In this document: in pieces, positions 8,510 to 16,956 of the stretch
How positions within the stretch are numbered: position 1 is the first letter of the stretch
Layout of the letters: the number at the start of each line of letters is the position of its first letter
Program-made: the position numbers and the translations under genes
NCBI RefSeq assembly: GCF_000011805.1
Contig: NC_006841.2
DNA length: 32,000 nt
Reading direction: 5' to 3' (one strand)
From: Aliivibrio fischeri ES114
Lineage (GTDB): Bacteria > Pseudomonadota > Gammaproteobacteria > Enterobacterales > Vibrionaceae
The notes under the pieces: generated by a model
Told to the model about the DNA's origin: nothing
Database searches by the model: none
Seen by the model: the letters and a program-made list of their open reading frames with translations, nothing else

Positions 8510-9862
8510 ATGAAGATGGAAAGTTCAGTGTCTATTCCTGTTTATGTTATCGGTGAATCTAAATCTGTGTATGGAAGTGATATTAATATAATTCATGTTA
8601 AGAGTGCTGATGCTCTTTTATTACACGAGCCAGCTATTTGTATTGTGTCATTACCATCTGAAGAACAAGATAGAACATTAGAATATCTGCATTCTAAATT
8701 ACAGCTATGGAATTGGCATATATATGTATTAAAAGCGAGCAAGTTAAGCTCTCATCTTTCCGATGGAGTATGGACACCGACTAATGTGGCTGAACAGTGG
8801 ATGCTACATAAAGCGAAGTTAGCTCTGATAAAAGATGAACCTCTGGATAAACTTCTTGCTTGGCTTTGGTTAGGCACTGAAAGGTGTTTAAAACCATTGT
8901 GTGATAGCAGTAAAAAAGAACTTTATCACTACCCTCTGATTACTGCGTACATTGGCTATAAAAATGCATCCAATAATTATCTTCAATTAGAAACTAAAAG
9001 AGGTTTTCTAAAGAAAGAGTATACAGTGGATCGAATTCGATTATGTCCATCGTGCAATAGCGGTCATCAAAACTATATTGAAACATGTCCATCATGTAAG
9101 AGTGTCGATATAGAAGAGATGGTTTCTCTACATTGTTTTACTTGCGGGCATGTAGGGAAACAAGACCACTTTATGCAACGTGGGAAATTAGAGTGTCCTA
9201 CTTGTTTAACACAGTTGCGTCATATTGGAGTGGATTACGACAGACCGCTTGAAAGCTATAAGTGTTTAGATTGTGATTATAGTTTTTCAGAATCGGTTGC
9301 TCGTGTTCGTTGCTTGTCTTGTACCGACAGTAATGAGATTGATGATTTAATCACCCGTCATATCAGTACCTATAAAGCGGGCGATCAAGTAAAAAACTTA
9401 ATGATGTATGGTCATCAATCTTTTCATCAAGAGTTGACGTTAAAAGGACTTATTGATGAGGATTCGTTTGATAATTTGCTTGTATGGATAAATAAATTGG
9501 CAATCCGTCATCAACACTCACATATCTTATTAGGTATAAAGCTCGCGGGTATTGAAGAATATTCTGCTCAATTTGGTGAAACTAAATTGATGCAATTGAT
9601 TGACCAGATATCAAATGATCTTAACTCAATACTACGTGATACCGATATTTGCTGCCAGTATCGATCAGATATGATCCTATTATTGATGCCGATGACTCCA
9701 ATTGACTCATTACCGGTGTTGCAAAAGAAGATTGAACTTATTGCTGGAAAAATTGAGTCAGAGTTAGTGCTTCTGAATGTTCATATATGGTCTTTGCCTA
9801 ATGTATCCCTTCAGGATGATGCGGCAAAGTGGTTAGTTGATGAGCTTGGTACTATTGAGTAA
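8510..9862 (+). CDS. Zinc-ribbon/TackOD1-like protein with N-terminal receiver-like region and C-terminal degenerate GGDEF
   Basis: Six CxxC pairs (CPSC, CPSC, CFTC, CPTC, CLDC, CLSC). The C-terminus ILRDTDICCQYRSDMILLLMP aligns with GGDEF consensus R..D.v.RyGGDEF.vlLP. The track starts at TTG 8483; ATG 8510 or 8516 is more likely. Confidence 0.75.
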   Translation: MKMESSVSIPVYVIGESKSVYGSDINIIHVKSADALLLHEPAICIVSLPSEEQDRTLEYLHSKLQLWNWHIYVLKASKLSSHLSDGVWTPTNVAEQWMLHKAKLALIKDEPLDKLLAWLWLGTERCLKPLCDSSKKELYHYPLITAYIGYKNASNNYLQLETKRGFLKKEYTVDRIRLCPSCNSGHQNYIETCPSCKSVDIEEMVSLHCFTCGHVGKQDHFMQRGKLECPTCLTQLRHIGVDYDRPLESYKCLDCDYSFSESVARVRCLSCTDSNEIDDLITRHISTYKAGDQVKNLMMYGHQSFHQELTLKGLIDEDSFDNLLVWINKLAIRHQHSHILLGIKLAGIEEYSAQFGETKLMQLIDQISNDLNSILRDTDICCQYRSDMILLLMPMTPIDSLPVLQKKIELIAGKIESELVLLNVHIWSLPNVSLQDDAAKWLVDELGTIE

Positions 9863-11175
9863 TGAGTGAATTTGAATACATTTTTTACTCAATAATAGGG
9901 ATGATAAGTGAAGATACAGAATTAATATTTATATTATTTCCAATCATGATCTTAATCGAAATGCCTCTATTTATTTTAGTTGCGAGCGGTGTTTTGCGTT
10001 GGTCTGTTAACTTATCAGAACTAGAAGCAACGTCATGTCCTTCAATTAGCTTTATTATTACTTGTTATGGAGAAGGGGAAGCCATTAGTGAAACGATCGA
10101 TACACTTGTCGAGCAGATTTATCCTAATAAGATAGAAATCTTAGTTGTAGTGGATGGTGCCAAACAAAATGCAGAGACTTATCAAGCAGCCTTATACGGT
10201 GCTAAAAAACATCAGCATAAGCAAATGCGGACAGTTAAAGTCATCGCTAAATGGCAAAGAGGTGGCCGTGTATCTACATTAAATGCTGGTTTATCGGAAG
10301 CAAAAAATGATTTAGTCATTAATGTTGATGGAGATACTTCATTTGACAACAACATGGCATGGGAAATGGCTAAGCAGTTTTCAGATCCAAACGTTTTAGC
10401 CTCTGGAGGTGCACTTCGTGTCCGAAATTGGGATGCTAATTTATTAACCAGAATGCAATCCCTTGAATATATGATGTCCATGCAGACGGGTAAAACTGGA
10501 ATGAGTAATTGGGGAGTCTTAAACAATATTTCTGGTGCTTTTGGTGCATTTCGGATTGAAGTGATTAAGCGAGTTGGTGGTTGGGATACTCATACGGCTG
10601 AAGATCTTGATTTAACCATGCGATTAAAACAATATAAAGGGCGACATCCAAATAGCCGTTTAGCATTTACTCCTCATTCTGTTGGGCATACTGATGCTCC
10701 AGATACGTTAAAAATATTGTTAATGCAGCGGTTACGATGGGATGGCGATTTACTTTTTCTCTTTTTAAGAAAACATAAACAGGGACTAAGTCCGAGTTTG
10801 TTAGGTTGGGGCAACTTTGTTTATACATTAGTTTATGGTGTGATTCAAAACGTGGTTCTACCATTATTAATGGCATTGTTTAGTTTATATGTTTGTTTAA
10901 GTTATCCAATTACATTTGTACTCTCAATGCTTTTGTTTATTTATCTAATATACATAACATTTATTGTTTTAACTTTTTCAATTTACATTGGTCTTGTTTC
11001 AGAAAGACCTAAAGAAGATATTAAATTATCAATATGGTTACCTCTTTATCCTATATATGCATTTTTTATGAGATTAATAACTGCATTTTCAATGGTGAAT
11101 GAAATAACCAGAAGAAGTCATGAGGAGTCAAGCATGGCACCTTGGTGGGTACTTAAACGTGGAAAAAGATTTTAA
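9862..11175 (+). CDS. Processive glycosyltransferase family 2 membrane protein (PgaC/hyaluronan-synthase-like)
   Basis: ITCYGEGEAISETIDTL, VVVDGAK, VDGDTSF (DxD), GAFGAFR, TAEDLD, QRLRW (QxxRW), and multiple TM segments at the N- and C-termini. The start overlaps the upstream stop (TAATG). Confidence 0.92.
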   Translation: MSEFEYIFYSIIGMISEDTELIFILFPIMILIEMPLFILVASGVLRWSVNLSELEATSCPSISFIITCYGEGEAISETIDTLVEQIYPNKIEILVVVDGAKQNAETYQAALYGAKKHQHKQMRTVKVIAKWQRGGRVSTLNAGLSEAKNDLVINVDGDTSFDNNMAWEMAKQFSDPNVLASGGALRVRNWDANLLTRMQSLEYMMSMQTGKTGMSNWGVLNNISGAFGAFRIEVIKRVGGWDTHTAEDLDLTMRLKQYKGRHPNSRLAFTPHSVGHTDAPDTLKILLMQRLRWDGDLLFLFLRKHKQGLSPSLLGWGNFVYTLVYGVIQNVVLPLLMALFSLYVCLSYPITFVLSMLLFIYLIYITFIVLTFSIYIGLVSERPKEDIKLSIWLPLYPIYAFFMRLITAFSMVNEITRRSHEESSMAPWWVLKRGKRF

Positions 11176-11180
11176 ATATT

Positions 11181-12224
11181 ATGAAAGTAAAATTTCACTT
11201 AGAAAAAGATAAGCAACCAACATCTGATAATGGAATGAAAATTATATACGGAAGTGCTAAGAGAGGTGGGTATAGATTTCGTTGGTATTGTATTTTAGCA
11301 TTAGTGTTAAGTCCTATATTAATAATGGCATACGTTTTTTTTCAACAATATATACTTACTTTAGCACCAGGGATTATTACAACAAGTCCAGTAGTGATAA
11401 CCGCTCCTCAAGATAGTATGGTTACAGCTATAAATGTCAAAGAAGGTAATCAGATTACCTATGGTCGGAATGTTTTAGAGTTAAATGATCCTGTATTAGA
11501 TTCAGATATTCAGTTTATTAAAACAGAGTTAACTAATTTAAATAAAAGGAAGTCTAAAGTACAACATGATCTAAAGTCTTATTTGTTAGCAATTAGAAAT
11601 GCGAAAGATAATTTAGAAAGCATAAAGAAAATAAAACTGAATTATGACAAGTTCATTAAAGAAGGGAAAGTATCACAAGTTGATTATGCCAATATCATTG
11701 GTATGTACAATAGTGCGCAAAATACGTTAACTAGTGCGGACATAGGATACCAAAAGGCACTATTAGACAGTGTGCAAGTTGAATTAGCTGGTGGTATTGC
11801 TCAAGTAGTTCGCTCATTAAATCAAGAGTTAGTTACCAAGTTAAGCCAGAAAAAACTACTAAGTATTCATTCACCATATGACGGAAATATCATAGAAATT
11901 AATACGGTAGTAGGACAAAGAATAAAAAAGGGTGATGTATTAGCGACGATTGCATCTAAGGCTGATCCATTTGTTATAGCGTACTTAGAACCTAAATTTA
12001 TTGAAAAGGCCAAAGAAGGTAGTGTCGTTACCGTCATACTTCCCAACCGTGAAAGATTAAAGGGTAATGTATCTTTAGCTATCGAAACCACAACTAAATT
12101 ACCAGCTCAGTTGGCTAAACCGTTTGAGGGACCAAAATCGTTGTTAAAAGTTAAAGTCACATTAAAGAAAAAAATAACTAAAGAGCAATGGGTAGAGGGG
12201 ATGCCAGTACAAGTTTCTTTTTAA
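11181..12224 (+). CDS. HlyD/membrane-fusion-like periplasmic adaptor protein
   Basis: Single N-terminal TM, barrel-sandwich half VITAPQDSMVTAINVKEGNQITYGRNVLEL, coiled-coil, then IHSPYDGNIIEINTVVGQRIKKGDVLATIA. Begins 5 nt after the GT2 stop. Confidence 0.88.
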   Translation: MKVKFHLEKDKQPTSDNGMKIIYGSAKRGGYRFRWYCILALVLSPILIMAYVFFQQYILTLAPGIITTSPVVITAPQDSMVTAINVKEGNQITYGRNVLELNDPVLDSDIQFIKTELTNLNKRKSKVQHDLKSYLLAIRNAKDNLESIKKIKLNYDKFIKEGKVSQVDYANIIGMYNSAQNTLTSADIGYQKALLDSVQVELAGGIAQVVRSLNQELVTKLSQKKLLSIHSPYDGNIIEINTVVGQRIKKGDVLATIASKADPFVIAYLEPKFIEKAKEGSVVTVILPNRERLKGNVSLAIETTTKLPAQLAKPFEGPKSLLKVKVTLKKKITKEQWVEGMPVQVSF

Positions 12225-12292
12225 TATAACTATAAGGTTAATAAAATAAGAGGAAGCGACGATACATTTTATTTATAGATAGAGGTTAGAAA

Positions 12293-12541
12293 ATGAAAGT
12301 AGATTATATTCACTTAACAAATAAAATTTTAGATTCATGTGAATTTTTAAGGTTCGCAATAGAGAAAGATAATGAATTATTTAAAAATAACAAAGATACA
12401 ATATTAAAATTAATAAGTCTTAATGATTGGCTTATTAGTGAGTTATCAAGCTCTAATCTTAAAGATGAACAGCGTGAATTAATGCTAAGAAATTGTTTAA
12501 CTCTTAGTGAAATTACTAAAGAAGTTAGATTAGCTCTATAA
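12293..12541 (+). CDS. Small hypothetical protein (82 aa)
   Basis: Good SD (GAGG) 6-8 nt before ATG, co-directional between the HlyD-like and MCP genes, helical acidic/basic composition, no TM. Confidence 0.6.
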   Translation: MKVDYIHLTNKILDSCEFLRFAIEKDNELFKNNKDTILKLISLNDWLISELSSSNLKDEQRELMLRNCLTLSEITKEVRLAL

Positions 12542-12591
12542 AATAAAATACTTACTATTATAAATTAGGATCTTAATGTTCTATTAGGATT

Positions 12592-14235
12592 ATGGACGCG
12601 TGTAATATGAAAAACATTTCATTGAGAAATAAAATACTATTCCTAGTGGCATTTAATGCAACAGGTTTATTTGTGGCTCTTAATATTATTTATATGAACT
12701 ATGTAGATAATGATAAGACTGAACAGTTTTTATTTAGACAGGTAATTCAATCGTCAGAAATTTTTGATAATTTCGAAAAGAAACTAATTTCGTTAAGAAG
12801 AACAGATTTAGCTTTGATATCTATTCGATTTGAAGATGAAGAAGAGGTAACTGCAAGAGATAAGTTAATCTATGACATTAATTCATTATTAAATTCATAT
12901 AGTGAGTTTGATTTAGATGTGATAAAAAAAGAGAAAACACAATTAGCAACGCTAAACAATGAAATTAACGCATATGTTAATTACATCAATGATATTAGAG
13001 ATCGTCGATTATCAGAACCAAGAGCGAAACTAGTTGGTGATAGTCTCGGATTATATGAAGAAATTAATAATAATATTAGCTACTTATCTAATAAGATAAA
13101 TATCTTCCTTGAAGAATACAGACAGACATCTAAACAAGACCGATTGAACACACTGTATTTTGCAATATTTATTATTGTATCGATAACACTGGTATCAATC
13201 TTAAGTGGTTTATACATCTCAAAAGATTTAAATCGACGTATCGCGTTAATTAACTCATCATTAGATCAGTTTATTTCGTTAGATTTGAGAAGTGGGAAAG
13301 TGTGTAGCTTCATTGATAGTAACGATTTTATTAATGACGAAATCGGTAGCATTATGATGTCTATTCGCTCTTTCAGATTAAAAATTGTGACAGTAATTAA
13401 TGCAGTTAAAGAGAGTATTGAGGTTAGTAATGATGCATTTAGTTTGATGAATGAGCAGTCTAAAGAAAACGAGAAGGCCATTGTTCAACAGCTTAACTCT
13501 GTTGATATGCTTGCAACAGCGATCAATGAAATGCAATGTGCATCAAGTGAGATTACAAATAATATCAATAACTCCGCGAACTTTACTTCTGACGCATCTA
13601 AAGAGTGTAATCAAACTAAGCAAATGGTTTCTAATACCTCTGAAGTGATTAATCTAGCTTCAAATGAGATCGATGAATGTAATGCCTTGATTGCGGAATT
13701 ACGTAACGACAGTAATAAGATTTCAAGTGTTTTAGATATGATCAGTAATATTGCGGATCAAACAAACTTATTAGCACTAAACGCAGCAATTGAAGCAGCA
13801 AGAGCTGGTGAGCAAGGAAGAGGTTTTGCGGTAGTTGCTGATGAAGTTCGTGTATTAGCGCAAAAAACACAACATTCTACGATTGAGATTAATAATATCA
13901 TTTCAAACTTACAGGCTAAAACTCATGATGTAAGTGAAAAAATGGAGTTGAGTCAGACAACGATTAAAGAGTGTGTAGAACAGTCGACAATATCTCGAAA
14001 TAATATTGAAATTGTAGATAACAACTTAAACTCAATTTCAGATATGAGTCATCAAATATCCACAGCAAGTGAAGAGCAGAGCTGTGTTATTGAAGAAATT
14101 AACGGAAACGCGATTAACGTGAGAGACATGTCTCAAGTGTGTATGGATGTATCGAGTGTGATTTCTGAACAGGTTAAGAACATGAATAAGAGCATTTCTA
14201 ATTTGTCGAAAAACGTAGAGCAGTTTAAATTGTAG
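12592..14235 (+). CDS. Methyl-accepting chemotaxis protein
   Basis: Two TMs flank a helical sensory region, then a signalling tip [41 protein letters not shown]. An alternative start MKNIS lies at 12607. Confidence 0.95.
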   Translation: MDACNMKNISLRNKILFLVAFNATGLFVALNIIYMNYVDNDKTEQFLFRQVIQSSEIFDNFEKKLISLRRTDLALISIRFEDEEEVTARDKLIYDINSLLNSYSEFDLDVIKKEKTQLATLNNEINAYVNYINDIRDRRLSEPRAKLVGDSLGLYEEINNNISYLSNKINIFLEEYRQTSKQDRLNTLYFAIFIIVSITLVSILSGLYISKDLNRRIALINSSLDQFISLDLRSGKVCSFIDSNDFINDEIGSIMMSIRSFRLKIVTVINAVKESIEVSNDAFSLMNEQSKENEKAIVQQLNSVDMLATAINEMQCASSEITNNINNSANFTSDASKECNQTKQMVSNTSEVINLASNEIDECNALIAELRNDSNKISSVLDMISNIADQTNLLALNAAIEAARAGEQGRGFAVVADEVRVLAQKTQHSTIEINNIISNLQAKTHDVSEKMELSQTTIKECVEQSTISRNNIEIVDNNLNSISDMSHQISTASEEQSCVIEEINGNAINVRDMSQVCMDVSSVISEQVKNMNKSISNLSKNVEQFKL

Positions 14236-14245
14236 TGATGAAGAT

Positions 14246-14279
14246 AAAGCTATAAGGCGTGGTGCCTTATAGCTTTTTT
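14246..14279. terminator. Rho-independent terminator between the MCP gene and gltS
   Basis: 13-bp stem AAAGCTATAAGGC / GCCTTATAGCTTT with a 5-nt loop and T-run. Confidence 0.93.
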
Positions 14280-14293
14280 ATTTACCGATTTAT

Positions 14294-15517
14294 TTATCCA
14301 ATAAAGCTAATATAAGCTTGTAAGATAATTAAGTTCGTAATATCAATGAAGAATGCACCTACAATAGGAACCACCATGAATGCTTGAGGTGAGGGTCCAA
14401 AGCGAGATACTAAAGAACCCATGTTCATAACTGCTGTTGGTGTAGCTCCAAGTCCAAATCCACAATGTCCGCCAACCATAACTGCAGCATCATAATTTGA
14501 ACCCATGACTCTAAAAGTAATGAAATAAGAGAACAGGGCTAAAACAATCGTTTGAATCGTTAAGATAATTAAAAATGGAATCGCAAGATCAAAGATGTTC
14601 CATAGTTTTAAACTCATTAGCGCCATTGCTAAAAATAGAGACAAAGAAACGGTCCCAAGGATATCTACGGTTTCATTATCTATCTTTTTAACTTTTGTTA
14701 CTTCACAAATATTAGTAATGAAAACACCAATAAATAACGCATAAACAAAATCAGGAATTTTAAGCCAAGCAATATCGAAACTGTTTACAAAATTACTTAA
14801 ATGCTTAGAGCCGGTAACACAGATAAGCAAGATGAATAAGATTTCAATGACTTTTTTAGCTGTCACTTTGTCTTCTTCACGTTCGTTATAAGTAATTAGC
14901 TCAGGAAAGCGGTCATGAGTATTTGTACCAGCGCCGTATTCAGATTCTAATTTATGTTTTTGAATTAATCGTTGTGCGATAGGGCTACCAATTAAACCAC
15001 CCATAATCAGACCAAACGTAGCTGACGCCATTGCAAGTTCAAGCGTATTTAATTGATAAGCATCGGCAAAGGTTTGTGACCAAGCTGCACCTGTACCGTG
15101 CCCGCCAGATAAAGTAATAGAGCCTGCAATTAAGCCTAGTAGTGGGTCTAAACCCATAGCAGAGGCAAGACCAACACCTACGGCATTTTGTATGATGATA
15201 TAAAACGATGCGACAGCTAAAAATAGAAAGACTTTAGTGCCACCTTTAAGCAATTGAGTGTAATTTGCTGCAAGACCAACGGTACTAAAAAACATTAGCA
15301 TGAAGGTATTTTGAAGTGGCAGAGAAAACTCAAGGCTAATTCCTTGAAAATGCAAAGCCGTAATTGCAAAGGCGACAATTAATCCCCCAACGATAGGCTC
15401 AGGGATATTATATTTTTTGAAAAGGTCAATTTTTGAGTTGATGAAATGACCCAGAAAAAGCACAGCGATTGCTATTAGAAATGATTCTAATGCGCCGATT
15501 GATAGTGAGTTTGTCAT
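14294..15517 (-). CDS. gltS: Sodium/glutamate symporter
   Basis: MTNSLSIGALESFLIAIAVLFLGHFIN, NIPEPIVGGL, SGGHGTGAAWS, VGGHCGFGLGATPTAVMNM. The ATG at 15517 is preferred over the track's TTG at 15541. Confidence 0.92.
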   Translation of the reverse strand: MTNSLSIGALESFLIAIAVLFLGHFINSKIDLFKKYNIPEPIVGGLIVAFAITALHFQGISLEFSLPLQNTFMLMFFSTVGLAANYTQLLKGGTKVFLFLAVASFYIIIQNAVGVGLASAMGLDPLLGLIAGSITLSGGHGTGAAWSQTFADAYQLNTLELAMASATFGLIMGGLIGSPIAQRLIQKHKLESEYGAGTNTHDRFPELITYNEREEDKVTAKKVIEILFILLICVTGSKHLSNFVNSFDIAWLKIPDFVYALFIGVFITNICEVTKVKKIDNETVDILGTVSLSLFLAMALMSLKLWNIFDLAIPFLIILTIQTIVLALFSYFITFRVMGSNYDAAVMVGGHCGFGLGATPTAVMNMGSLVSRFGPSPQAFMVVPIVGAFFIDITNLIILQAYISFIG

Positions 15518-15565
15518 AATAGCTCGAAATAAATATATCAAACCAAGAGGTGTGACGGGAAAGAT

Positions 15566-15625
15566 CGAGATTATGCCAAGTTATTGATAATGTCACTATA
15601 AATATTCACTGTCATAAAAAGTTCA
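15566..15625 (-). promoter_or_regulatory. Putative gltS promoter/operator element, shared with the dedA-like gene
   Basis: 50/60 ungapped identity with 2798-2857. Minus-strand TGACAT-N16-TAATCT resembles -35/-10 boxes. Confidence 0.6.
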
Positions 15626-15663
15626 TAATTCAAATGAGTGAATAATGAACGACTTATGACAGT
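15608..15663. repeat. Large imperfect inverted repeat upstream of gltS
   Basis: Arms 15608-15631 ACTGTCATAAAAAGTTCATAATTC and 15640-15663 GAATAATGAACGACTTATGACAGT. 20/24 match, 8-nt spacer. Confidence 0.85.
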
Positions 15664-15672
15664 AAAAAAGCA

Positions 15673-16770
15673 TTAGAGTCTATCTGGACGGTTTGGCTTG
15701 TATGGTTTGTATAAACACAATGACATGACAATACCAAAGCAAATACCTTGGGTTATCATTGCTGTACCACCATAACTGAAGAAAGGCAGTGGGCTACCCA
15801 TAACTGGAAGTAAACCACTTACCATACCCATATTAATGAAAGCATATAAGAAAAAGCTTAATGCAAAGGTACTACTTACCAAACGAGTAAAGGTGCTTTC
15901 ACTTTGATAAGCTAACCAAATTACTCGTCCAGTGATAAATAAATACAGTGATAGCAGTAGAGCGCAGCCAAAAAATCCCCATTCTTCTGCATAAGTAGAA
16001 AAAATGAAGTCAGTATGACTTTCTGGAATGAACCCCAGGTGTCCTTGTGTCGCATTCATCCAGCCTTTACCGCGTATCCCACCAGAGCCAATAGCGATTA
16101 AAGATTGAATAATTTGGTAACCAGCTCCAAGAGGATCCGACTCAGGGTCAAGAAACTGAGTAACACGCTTCTTCTGATACGCTTCCATAACAAAGATCCA
16201 CAAAAGCGGGACGGCAGTCGCTACGGTTGCTAGAAAAGAGCCGATGATTTTCCAACTCATACCGGCAAAGTACAGGACAAACAGGGCATATATAACAGTA
16301 AAAATGGCACCATCAAGGTCGGGTTGAATAAAAATCAAACCGGCAGGCACAGCAGTAACAAGCAAACAAATCCCTATTTTTTTTAAATCAGGGCGTGTGG
16401 CTTCTGCTGCTAATATCCAAGCAACCATGAGGGGAATGGCAACTTTAACTAATTCGGAAGGTTGAAATCGAATTGGACCTATGACTAACCAACGTTGTGA
16501 ACCGTTAGTGCTATCACCAGCAATAATTACTCCAATGAGAAGAACAACAGCTAACCCATATAGAAAGGGGGCCGAGCGTTGATAGTGCATAGGGGATATG
16601 CCTGACATCACGACGATACAACCAACAGCGATCATTGCTCGTATTAAGTGGCGCTCTAACATAGGCTCACTAAAACCACTTGCGCTCCAAACGGTTAAAG
16701 ATCCAAGCACAATTAATACTAAAATTGCAGCAAGTAAAGCGTAGTCTATTCGTGGTTTGTAGTCATACAT
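15673..16770 (-). CDS. mrdB: RodA/FtsW/SpoVE (SEDS) family protein, RodA type
   Basis: DGSTNGSQRW-like region (GDSTNGSQRWLVIGPIRFQPSELVKVAIPL), FIQPDLDGAIFTVIY, GHLGFIPESHTDFIFSTYAEEWGFFG, PLPFFSYGGTAMI. Confidence 0.88.
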   Translation of the reverse strand: MYDYKPRIDYALLAAILVLIVLGSLTVWSASGFSEPMLERHLIRAMIAVGCIVVMSGISPMHYQRSAPFLYGLAVVLLIGVIIAGDSTNGSQRWLVIGPIRFQPSELVKVAIPLMVAWILAAEATRPDLKKIGICLLVTAVPAGLIFIQPDLDGAIFTVIYALFVLYFAGMSWKIIGSFLATVATAVPLLWIFVMEAYQKKRVTQFLDPESDPLGAGYQIIQSLIAIGSGGIRGKGWMNATQGHLGFIPESHTDFIFSTYAEEWGFFGCALLLSLYLFITGRVIWLAYQSESTFTRLVSSTFALSFFLYAFINMGMVSGLLPVMGSPLPFFSYGGTAMITQGICFGIVMSLCLYKPYKPNRPDRL

Positions 16771-16883
16771 AATGTTAATTCATCAGACAAAGTGAAAATA
16801 CACGGTGTTTGCGGTGTTGATAAGGAGACCTAAATTAACCTCTTTATAAATAAATGCAATATATTAATGCCGTAATGAAAGGG

Positions 16884-16915
16884 ATAACCCAACATTTCGC
16901 TTAATGATGGGTTAT
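16884..16915. terminator. Terminator-like stem-loop 3' of the distal pseudouridine synthase gene
   Basis: 13-nt arms ATAACCCAACATT / AATGATGGGTTAT with one mismatch, weak T-rich tails. Confidence 0.6.
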
Positions 16916-16956
16916 TTTATGCAGTTAGGAGACAAAAATAGGTAAAACATGACGGG

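Noticed and set aside
10212-10876. Two minus-strand ORFs inside the GT2 gene
   Set aside because: Antisense to the well-supported glycosyltransferase coding sequence.
11867-12091. Minus-strand ORF (74 aa)
   Set aside because: Antisense to the HlyD-like gene.
13266-13648. Overlapping ORFs within the MCP gene on both strands
   Set aside because: Shadow ORFs inside conserved MCP signalling sequence.
4305-14235. CRISPR, phage, transposon or toxin-antitoxin content in the accessory block
   Set aside because: I saw no regularly spaced repeats, transposase or integrase signatures, terminal inverted repeats or typical TA pairs.
2798-15625. The two shared elements as attachment-site direct repeats of an integrated island
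   Set aside because: They bracket the accessory block in the same orientation, but both lie at nearly the same distance from gene starts, there is no integrase, and promoter-like conservation explains them better. Comparative genomics would settle this.
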